Shown here: positions 51,756 through 62,246 of the stretch, piece after piece
Layout of the letters: the number at the start of each line of letters is the position of its first letter
Numbering within the stretch: the stretch's first letter is position 1
Origin: Phoronis australis
Lineage: Eukaryota > Animalia > Phoronida
Assembly (NCBI GenBank): GCA_002633005.1
Contig: NMRA01000094.1
Span: forward strand, 460,597-524,596
Direction of reading: 5' to 3'
DNA: 64,000 nt
Position numbers and translations under genes: made by a program
The notes under the pieces: model-generated
Databases searched by the model: none
Told to the model about the DNA's origin: nothing
The model's input: only the letters and a program-made list of their open reading frames with translations

Positions 51756-52568
51756 TTAAAAGGTTTTTATCAAAGATTTCCAGTCACAACCTTGTTCAAC
51801 CAAACGAATTTGCTCAGCCAAAAAGTCAACACCAAGGTAATCATTAATTTTTTCCATACACATGCGCACGTCTCGTAAATCCACGTCTGATACGTTGCTG
51901 TCTTCCAAAGGCATCGATCCACCAAAATCAAGCAAACGAACAATGTACCGTCCATCTTTTTCATCAACCATAATGTTACTCAAAGTGATGTCTCTCACGG
52001 ACATCCCTACTTGATTTACACAATACACTTGCTGGCAAACACTTTTGAATATATTTTTCCAGTCTTCGCAAGTCATCGGGTCTTCCAAACGTTGCCCTAC
52101 TCTGCGTAAGCGATCGTCGTATGCTACGTTTGTGAGCGACTTCCCGTCTATAAACTCCATCAATATTCCCCAATTCATATACATTTCACCCCCATCTATC
52201 GGGAAAAGGCCTTTTACTTTCGGCCCGACTTGACATCGATTTGCAATTTCAGTATTGAGAACTTCATCGGCTATTGCAAAATCGACAATCAACCCGCGAG
52301 GAAACACTTTCAAGGCGTGAAGCGTATTCTTGTTTTTCATAAGGTACACACGCCCAAAAGCTCCGACACCCAGCAAATAAGGGCGACCATTCTCCAACAC
52401 AAATTCATACTTTGACCAATCGGTGACAAACGTTTTTGGTATATCGCAGTTTTGCATCGCAATGACCTCGGAGGTCCCACAAGCATACAAATGCGGGTCA
52501 GAAAATCTCGAAATTTTACTTGCATAGCTTGTCTCTCCGAATTCTTCAACCGTGACGTTTTTCGACAT
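51756..52568 (-). CDS. Intronless 270-aa protein kinase-like protein with short activation segment and C-lobe
   Basis: Uninterrupted ATG-to-TAA ORF: Gly loop LGVGAFGRVY, beta-3 Lys HALK, alpha-C Glu DEV, hinge LMEFIDG, catalytic loop VRDITLSN, DFG (LLDFGG). No APE motif. Confidence 0.85.
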   Translation of the reverse strand: MSKNVTVEEFGETSYASKISRFSDPHLYACGTSEVIAMQNCDIPKTFVTDWSKYEFVLENGRPYLLGVGAFGRVYLMKNKNTLHALKVFPRGLIVDFAIADEVLNTEIANRCQVGPKVKGLFPIDGGEMYMNWGILMEFIDGKSLTNVAYDDRLRRVGQRLEDPMTCEDWKNIFKSVCQQVYCVNQVGMSVRDITLSNIMVDEKDGRYIVRLLDFGGSMPLEDSNVSDVDLRDVRMCMEKINDYLGVDFLAEQIRLVEQGCDWKSLIKTF

Positions 52569-55274
52569 AAATTAAGTTAGATTACGCATAAAATAAGAAG
52601 ACAGAAGGACGGAAACAATTAGATGACTAAGAAATTGTTTGCGTCTTCTTTGTTGATTTCATTGACACGTCATGAGATGTCCAAGGACATAAGAGAAAAC
52701 ACATTATAAAGTAACCATCAGGTATAACACACAAACGGGAAATAGATCTGTCTCAGCGTAGAGCACATCATTTGTCAATAGGATTAGAAAAACCCTACGT
52801 GTGACACTAAGCGGCCTGACAACGTTTAGAGAATCATAGGAGACACAATGAATACAGAGACTGCGTGACGATATTCGGTTTGAAAACCATACAAAGTATA
52901 ATGGACATAGTTTAGCCTAAAATTACTAGCAAAACAAGGAGTAGAAGCGGCTATCAACCAAGATTTAGTAAAAAATATTGTGTTATTTAGGCCTGCCACA
53001 TATCGTTGGGATTAGTGCCAAATTGTTTCATACTCAAGAAAAAAGCCGCGAGACCAGTTTTAAAGCAATGGGTGGTCCAAATCAAAGTTTAGTTTCTTTG
53101 ACCTCCACGTGGGTTGAAAAATGTGGGCATCAACATACACTCTTTCTTTCTTGGCCCTGCCACTCGTCGTCTTGCCCAAATTGACCGTCACACACCTAAC
53201 TCTCTAGGGAAAACAGCACCGCTAAGCAAAATTTGGTAGTATAAATCAATACGAATAAGTTACACGGCTGTCGTCGATGTTTGCTTGCAAAAGAATTCGA
53301 ACAACAAACAAGGTGAATTGTGTTGTACGCAATAGGCCTCGCCAACAGTTAAATGAACTATAGACAAGTCTAATTCTCTCAGTAGTGGTCTGCATGGAAT
53401 GGGTAAATAAATCGTTTGTTATGCTGGCTAACGGCGATCCAACTGATTTACGTTCGTTGAGCGTCATTATTTGTGTACATTATTCGTAAGTATAATTTGG
53501 TTGTTCCTCTTCCGGTTGCTGTTCGACAAAATACAGACGTTCATGTAAGCCTAGTCGTCATTTATTATTACTGGCGTGGTGGCAGTAGCAATCGAACCAT
53601 GGCCAGAGCACCGAAGCAGTGGTGCTTGACTAAAAGTGAAAGTTTTGATAACTGGAAGAACAATATAATTTACGTGTTATCACTCGAACGGAATTTTGCG
53701 GACTTTCTGCTAGCCGATTATGCGTGGCAAAAGGCCAGAGTCCCCTTGAGGGGTTTAGTTGACGATACATAGGCTGTACCTGAATCCCGGCGACGCACAG
53801 CCGGTCAGGAACTAATACATGCATTTAAACCTCATGTTAGGCCAGTTGGCCATCTATTGTCCTGTGATTGCCCGTAGTGCTATTGTCAAACAATCCACCT
53901 CACTTGACAGTATATGGCAAACTAGCAGAAGTCATTACGGCTTTCAGACATATGGAGGACATTTCATTGCTTTTTCTGATATTCGCCTTCAACCCGACGA
54001 ACTCCCGGAAGACCTATATCAGCGAATTATGTCATTCATCGAAAATGATTTGCTCGGCCCGGACAACACCATTCAACGTCATGGCGTGCTTGTCACAGAC
54101 GAGGAAGAGATGTCTGCGACCTTAGAAAATTTAGGAGTCCTCACTTGATTACGCTTGATTCACCCAGGTTTGCCTCATCTCGTCCAACAACGATATGGTG
54201 CCTAGGAGAAGTCGATATCTATCGCTATGATCATTCTAAGTCTTTGTCAAGACAGTCCCTTGCTCGTAGAACACACGTTTTGCGTTCCCCTCATTCAGCC
54301 ACTGTGGTATGGCCAGGAGACAATCTCGACATTGAAGTCCCTGCTGACTTACTTGGATATAACCAGGAGATAGCGACTGAATTACGAACAGATTCCCCAA
54401 GTGCCCGATGTTGTGACCCTAGTGATTTGTGGCCCTAATCACAAATCGTTACTGCTGACCAGATGAATACCGGTTCTTACCCAAGGACGAACTCTTTTGT
54501 CAGGTTCACCACGTCTTCACACATGTACCAATGATAGCACCCTCCAAAACATCCTCACCAATCACGCAGCATGTCCAGCATTTTCGCTTTGCTTCAGTCG
54601 ATCCCGATGGAGTTTTACCGGATGTCACTCGGAAGGCTTTCGGACGCCTCCATGAGTCCTGTGCTATTGTCTTCACCCCCAATTTTACCCGTTACAATAA
54701 ATCCGCTGGTCCATTTGAAGCCTCTGTTAACATGGGTTCCACTCAGCCTCCCCAACGCAATGGTCGTCTACCTATGTACTCACCGACAAAGCTCCACTAC
54801 CCCCAACAGAAGTTTCACGACGTTGAGGCACTCGCAGCCGATTTCATAAAGGTGGTTTAAAGTTAAACCTGGATTAAACTGGACTTAGACCATAATCTGC
54901 ATTTCATAAAGGGGGCTTAAAACCTCCAGTTTAGACCTGGTCTAAGTCAGTTTTCATTTCACCAACGAGGTATATATTACTTAGACCCGTATTAAGATCT
55001 TAAACCAGGTTTAACTTTAGACTTGGTCAGACCCAAATTTATTACCAGTAACACATGTATTACAGTAACACATGTAAATTTGGTTACTACAGTATCTTAA
55101 GAGCATCGCTCTAAGCCCACTAATGCCACAAATTGCCAAATGTAACGAACTGTTAGGCGTATTAGCTTGCTTTTGTCTACGTCACCGCGAGAATCATCTT
55201 TTAATTCAAACAGCTGCGAATAACACCCGCACAAAATGGTGATATATTCAGACCCCTATTCAATACAAGCTTTT

Positions 55275-58200
55275 GTTTTCTATGACGTCATCCTTTTGTG
55301 ACGTCATTCTTAATTCCTGTCAATATATTTTACGTTTCTTTTTCGTTTCTGCTTCTTTCTATTACAAAAACATAACAGATTTTGGCGTAGTTGGCAGGAT
55401 ATAAAAAGATGGGTGAGTTGTCTGGCATTATTTCGTTATTACAACAACAAATCAACAAACAGCAAGAGAATCATCAGCGTTTTGCTGAGATGATTACTAG
55501 TACGCTGATGCACCAACCAACGACATCTGCGCCAACTTTTGGTGTGTTCGACAGTTCAGTGGAACTCTGGAAGGATTATTGGTCCAGATTCCAAGCATTT
55601 GAAGGGGCACACTCCATATCTATGGAAAAACTTTGACAAACTTTCTTGACGAATCAGACGTCAACAGTTTATAAGTTGCTTGCAACTTTGACAGAGCAGC
55701 AGACACCTTCCTAGTATATCAATCAACTGACAATCAATGAAACTACAACATTTATGGAGAGTTAATTCGATTCGAAGTATTTTGTAGTCCGGGAGCGATT
55801 CAAATTTTGGTCTAACACAAGAAGACAGCCAGGTGAGACAATACAGGAGCTAGCAGCTAGTATTCGACAAGACGCTGCAAAATGCGATTTTCCAACAATA
55901 AAGAATCCTCAGGATGAAGCTATGAGAACTAGATTTATTTGTTTAATTGATAACGAGGTGGCGGTCCTAAAAGCCCTTTTCAAAATAAAAGATGACGATT
56001 ATCTTTTAAGAAAGCCATAGAAATAGCAACAGAAATTGAAGAGGCTTCCAAAGTTGCAAAAGAAACGGTTTACGGAGATCCAGTGCCTAAGTTACAAAAG
56101 AAAAAGAGGGAAGAAAGCAGGCAGGGCAAAACACAGAAGTTCAGGGATTTTCTAAAGGGAACATGTCCCCAATGTGGAAAAAAGACCACGCGGCAATGGA
56201 TTGTCGTTTTAAAGAGACTGAATGCCGTTTCTGTCACAAGAAAGGTCATATAGAGTCTATATGTCTAAGCAAAAGAAAGGCTAGGGATAAAGTAAGCAGT
56301 GTTTTAGCAAGGCCAGAACATAAAGTTAATCACATTTCGGATCGAGGTCCAATTAAGATTGTTGTTCACATATGCGGCAAAAACTGACATTTGACGTAGA
56401 TACTGGATCACCGGACAATTTCATTTCGGAGAAGATTTGGTTTAAACTTGGAATACCTGTTTTATCTCCATCACACAGTCAGTATTTCGCGGCAAATGAA
56501 AACCATTACCAGTTTTGGGAGTTTTCAGTACAAACGCAGCATTACAGTCCGATTCGCAGCATACAGCAAACATTGAATTAATAGTAAGCAAACACAATTT
56601 GAATATTGTTGGCCGAACGGCATTTCGACAGCTAAAGATTGATGTCACTGCACTCTGTGTGGTATTCTGTAGGAATTTCATTTTGCGTGATGACAACCAA
56701 AATGACAAAGTTATCTGGGATGTTTAAAAGTTTTCGAATTAGAAGCCTGATGTCCAACCAATATTTTGCAAACCTCGCACAGTACCTTTTGCATTACTGG
56801 ATGACTTGAATCTGGCATATGATGCTGGCATTAAACGTGGAATTGGGGAACCTACACAATTCAACGAGTATGGAACACCAGTTGTCCTTATAAGAAAAGC
56901 ACCGTTTCCTGGCCAAAGTAAACGGAAATGAAGAGTATGCGCAAATTACTCAGTAACGATAAATCCTCAGCTTGAAACTCATCGTCATCTGCTACCCCTG
57001 CCTGAAGATCTTATGCGAAAGCTCAGTGGCGGCTTTTATTTCACGAAAATTGATTTAGCTGGTGCGTATAATCAGATTAAATTAACTTCGGAAAGTCAGA
57101 GACGTCTGGCACTATCCACATATCGTGGAGTTCTTCAACAAAAGAGATTGCCATTTGGGATTAGTTCAGCCCCTGGTTATTTCCAGGATATCATGGACAA
57201 ATTAATTAGTGAAAGAGATTGCCATTTGGGATTAGTTCAGTCACTGGTTATTTCCAGGACATCATGGACAAATTAATTAGTGATTTAAATGGCGTGGTTG
57301 TATACTTGGATGATATTTTAGTAAGCAACGCAGAAGTACATCTTTTAAGAATCTAGTACGAAACCTACTCCAGCGTTTTCAAGACAATGAAATGAGATGT
57401 CGCTTGGAAAAATGCTCATTATTTTGGTCAGCAAACTGTAGAATACTTATGTCACATGCTTTCACCTCCGATTGCCAATATTTCAAAGATTCTCACGGAC
57501 ACTCAAAGGAGGTACAGTCAAATTCAACGTGAGGCTCTGGAAATTGTTTTCGCGCTAAAGAAATTTCACCAATTTCTTTTCGGAAGACGTTTCATTTTGA
57601 TAACTGATCACAAGCCTTTAGTTTCTATATTCGGATGAACTAAAGGAGTTCCAGCTATGGCTGCTAATCGACTAGCAAGATGGGCGTTACATGTTAGCTA
57701 GTATGAATAGTATGAATACACAATAGTGTATCGGAAAGCATCTGATCATTCTAATGCAGATGCATTGAGTCGCTTACCCTGCGATAAGAATCCAAAATTT
57801 GACAGGGAGGAAGAACAAGCAGACGTGAATGTGGTCTGTTCTGTTAAGCAAGTAAGTCTACAATTGAGCCCTGTTAACTCTAAGTTGCTTAATAGAGAAT
57901 TTAGCAAGGATTCTGAAATTTCTAAAGCAATAAGATATGCCATAGTTGGCCAGTTTCTATGGATTCCGAAGAATTGAAATATTTCAGAAAGTTGAAAGAT
58001 ACCTTGACCACCGAAGATGGATGTCTTTTTCATGGTACATGGATAGTTATTCCAAAGAGATTACGAAAACAGGTGTTGGATCTGCTTCATTGGCCATTTC
58101 GGAATGCAGAGAATGAAGCAACTAGCACGGACAGTATGATCACCCACCGAAAGCAGCTATTCATCCATGGATGCTACCCGAAAAGCCGTGGAGCCGTGTT

Positions 58201-59283
58201 CATGTTGATCATGCCATAAGCTTTCTTGGAACAAACTGGTTGGACATGGTAGATGCGTATTATAAATTCCCATGTATACAGCCAACATGTTCACTGTCAA
58301 CAAAAACAACAATGGAATTGCTTGAAAGAGAGTTTGCGCATTTTGGTTATCCTAACACATTAGTAACTGATAATGCAGCAACATTTTACTCTGAAGAATT
58401 CCTGGCTTGGTGCCAAGAACATGGTATTGCACACCTTACAGGTACCCCCACCATCCAGCTACAAATGGAGCTGCAGAGCGTTTGGTACAGACTTTCAAAC
58501 AATCGCTGCGGAAATCGTCTTTGTCGCCAAAAGCAGCGTTGCAACAGTTTTTATTGCAATATCGTCGTACACCTCTAGATTCTGGTTATTCTCCAAGCGA
58601 ACTCTTAAATGGAAGACAAATTCGTTGTAAGCTAGACTGCTTACGTCCTTCACCTACTCATGTAGCGCAAGGGAAGCAGCCAAGACATGCTGCGAAACCA
58701 CAAATTGCTGAGTCCGATAAAACAGTGTCAAAGATTCATATGTATATCATTGAAATGCCATGTTATGCCTTGTGCTATGGGCCTCGTCAAAGTAGGGGCC
58801 CTCGCTGGGTACCTGCTGTTGTGACCCGAGTTATGGGTCCACGTTCTGTCAAAGTAAAAGTCATGCCAAGTGATCCATTCTGGCATCGTCATATCGATCA
58901 GTTGAGACCAAGGTATTGTTCTGAAGAAGATACAGATCCTGGAGATACCACATTTTTGTCAATTGGAGAATCCGATACAGATGATAGACAACCAAGGAAT
59001 AAAGAGAATGCAACTACGGCAACAGAGATGCAAACGAGAAAATCGGAAAAGAAGAATGGCCCAAACCCACGACTTCCAACGGGAAATGAATATGGGCCAC
59101 ACAACTTGAGAAGGTCCGAGAGACTTAAAAAAAGACAAGCTTTCGCTTTATAAGGCGGGGAGGTGTTGTGATGTTATAGTTTTCTATGACGTCATCCTTT
59201 TGTGACGTCATTCTTATTTCCTATCAATATATTTTATATTTCTTTTATACGTTTCTGCTTCTTTCTATTACAAAAACATAACA
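55275..59283 (+). mobile_element. Near full-length decayed Gypsy element with ~120-bp LTRs (Mag-like)
   Basis: LTRs 55275..55377 (first ~15 bp lost) and 59164..59283 (TG...CA). PPT aaggcggggagg. gag with two CCHC knuckles, protease VDTGS, RT (KIDLAGAYNQ, LPFGISSAPG, YLDD), RNase H (YSQIQREAL, TDHKPL, ADALSRLP), integrase (PWSRVHVD, VTDNA, HPATNGAAER). Many stops. Confidence 0.95.
55383..55400 (+). promoter_or_regulatory. Primer-binding site complementary to tRNA-Ser 3' end
   Basis: TGGCGTAGTTGGCAGGAT vs TGGCGTAGTCGGCAGGAT (reverse complement of the metazoan tRNA-Ser(AGA) 3' end plus CCA, recalled), 5 nt after the LTR. Confidence 0.85.
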
Positions 59284-59908
59284 TGTTGTTTGTGCTGGGA
59301 TCTCGCGGTGACGCAACATGGCTCGAAAGGGCAGCTTCACTTATCATTTGGCCGGCTTACTCTTGCGTGATTGAACTCGCGTTTTCTTATTTTACTAAGG
59401 CTTTGCTATGTGGTTAGCCTAACACATATAAACTAACAAAATTCCCGTTGAAGTTAGGCTTTAAATATGGCCGACTTGCATGATATAGGTGCAACTGAAT
59501 GATGCTGTGGTGCATTTACGACGCAGTTTTAGAGCGAGAACGGACTAATTTCAATATTCAGTTTTAGGACGACACAAGATCAAACGTAACAGAATTTTTA
59601 AAGGGGGGGGGTCGGTTCATGGATTTTTCAAAGGAGGGCCTGGGTCAAAAATTTGAAAATTATAGATTTTATATCAATAAAATCAAGAAAAAAGGGGTCC
59701 CGGTGCCCTTGAACCCCTGGATCCGCCTATACGCAGACCAGTACGTACAGAAGGATGTCCTTCGGATTCCTAAGAATATGACGGTTCGAGCAGAGCGTCA
59801 TCGTCGCAACCGCTTCGCGTATGACTAAAAAGGCATCTAATGATTATTCTGGCCGAGTTCCATCTCAATTAGTCCTCGATTTAAGATTGCCGGGCAGGGG
59901 TCCTGCCC

Positions 59909-60069
59909 AAGTGGTGGATTTAGAGGGGGGCCAAGGGGGCCATGGTCCCCCCTAAAATTCTCCCAGATTCCGTGTGGCAGTTCGGGGGTGCGAATGTCTG
60001 ACGGGAAAATTCCTGGCTAATACTCTGCCCTGCCCCCCCCCTAACTCAAAAATCCGAGATCCGCCCCTG
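59909..60069. mobile_element. 161-bp MITE with 5-bp TSD TGCCC, nested in the Harbinger-like element
   Basis: Termini aagtggtggattt... / ...gatccgcccctg; tgccc at 59904..59908 and 60070..60074. Confidence 0.6.
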
Positions 60070-61515
60070 TGCCCCCACCCCTTTTGGCCGCAAAAAAGTA
60101 AAATGACATGGAAATAAACGTGTGCATTTACTATGTTGCGGTTAATCGTGAACAAGACAGTAATTTAATGTGTGTACTTGTGTTGGACACAGACAATACG
60201 AAGTGAAAAATATCTCCTCATGACATCCTAGATCTGCCACTAGGTCTCTCATCGTTTTTCTTGGCATTTTTTTCACTGATAAAATTTTATTTCTGGCCTT
60301 TATTCTGGATCAATATCTCTCCAAGCCTGCTGCTTAAGTTGACTTGATTTGGCACCAATTTTCTTGTTCTCGACTATGACATTGGCTTTTTCTCTCATCA
60401 GTTATGGGAGGCAAGATTTTCCCTCGTAAGAAAAGCTATTAGCCCTTTTTAGCAAATGTCTGCACTGATTCTACTGCTGTGTGCCATTGTACCCACGTGA
60501 TCAAGGTTTCATTGAATCACTTCAAAAGTTTCTTTGTTGGGTTAATCCGGATCAACACAGTAGGGTGGCTTGGATACTTTAAACCTAGTTTTACTAAACC
60601 GGCTTCATGGTCTAACAAAATCAGGCTTTCAGACTTTAAAACCATGTCGGTGAAATGCAAGTTAAGTCTAAAATTAGACCAGGTTGAGGAAGACCAGGTT
60701 TAAGTCTTAAATCTGGTTTTGTTAACCACCTTCATGAAATCGGCTGTAGGTGTCTTTGTTCGTCCCTAAGATGTGAAGGTCCAAGTTGAGTATCTCAACC
60801 CATCCTTTCTGGTCAAAAAGCCCACCGGTGGATTTCGACTCGTGACAGCCTTTGCGGATGTTGGAAAATATGCCAAACCCCAACCATCACTCTTGCCCGA
60901 TATAGATTCAGTCCTACGCAAAATTGCCCAGTGGCGATTTATTGGACCTCACGAGTGCCTTTTATCAATTTTCCCTGTCTCGTGAGTCCATGAAGTACTG
61001 CGACGTGGTAACCCCCTTCCATGGCATTCGTGTCTATGCCAGATGTGCTATGGAGATGCCGGGTTCAGAAACAGCATTAGAAGAGCTTACCTGCCGTGTT
61101 CTTGGTGATCTTCTCGAACAAGGCATCGTAACCAAGTTGACAGACGACTTGTTCTGTGGTGGCCAGACCCCATCTTAGCTACTTACCAATTGGGAACTGG
61201 TACGTTCTGCCCTCGATAATTCTGGTTTACATTTGTCATTTCGCCCAAACGCACGACTATCCTGGGTTGGATATGGGAAGGTGGCACCCTTCAGGCTAGC
61301 AGTCATCGCATCGCTACACTTGCTTCGTGCACCAAGCATAAAACCGTGCGTCAGATGCGTTCATTCATTGGTGCCTTCAAGGTTCTGTCCGCATATATGT
61401 CTCCACTGGATGATGCTATTTCAGGCCGCGAATCCACGAATCCATTGACATGGTCCGATGAGTTAGTCAGTGGATTTTCTGCCGCCCAGAAGGCACTCTC
61501 GTCTAACAAGGTCAT

Positions 61516-62246
61516 TGTCACGTTTTTCCCCGTGTGTGGGTGGGAACAGGTTGTTACAGACCGGTGCTAATAGCTTTCGGTGCGACGATAGACTGAAGAC
61601 TGGTTCGAGTTAATCCTTTATTAATCCCGACCGTACGTTCACAGGCCTACTCAAACAACACGTCCGACGTAATGTCTGTTCTATGCTCCAACCAGTGCCG
61701 CGAAGCCTTGACTTGTGATGAACTTCTGAGACACGTTCAGCAACTGTTACACTCGTCGATTCAATAACCTGCTGTCTCTATAGCTGGCTCTCTATTGACT
61801 ATCGCTGTAACTGCTGATTCTCTTCACTGCAACTCAACTGTAGTTCTCCTGATTAACTTTATTGAATTTACTTGATCTCTCTAACACAAACCCGTGCTTG
61901 CGTATTTATAGCCTAATGCATTGTTCTGGAACTGTACATCAATTCAAGCACATTCCAGAACTTTCCTTAATCTACCCAATCATTCTACAAACATATACTA
62001 GTCTCTAGAATATTCCAGACTACTTCAATCACAGCCACGCTAGAGTCTTCTAGAAAGTTCCTCACTATACTGTAGTAAACAAATGACATCATCATTGTAC
62101 TGACCTCAGTCCTCTAGAAAGTTCCATACTATTCTGCAGTAAACAAATTACATCATCACTGTACTTAACCCAGGGGTCAAGCCAATCAAACAGAATAACA
62201 AAACAAAGCAATAGAAATAAAAACAGTGTCAGTCTATATTCTGACA
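61516..62246 (-). mobile_element. 731-bp solo LTR with perfect 5-bp TSD GTCAT
   Basis: Termini TGTCA...TGACA; gtcat at 61511..61515 and 62247..62251. TATAAATA (~61903..61910) and AATAAA on the - strand. Excision restores ...ALSSNK-VI-TLPRPEDNLWIVTDAS. Confidence 0.93.

Larger units (their letters stand above)
54835..60746. mobile_element. Non-autonomous TIR element (PIF/Harbinger-like) inserted in the outer Gypsy RT
   Basis: TIRs cagccgatttcataaaggtggtt / reverse complement cagccgatttcatgaaggtggtt (22/23). Subterminal aaacc(t/a)gg..ta repeats. Flanks tcg / tag (probable 3-bp TSD). Removal rejoins ...DVEAL-GVFVRP... Confidence 0.85.
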
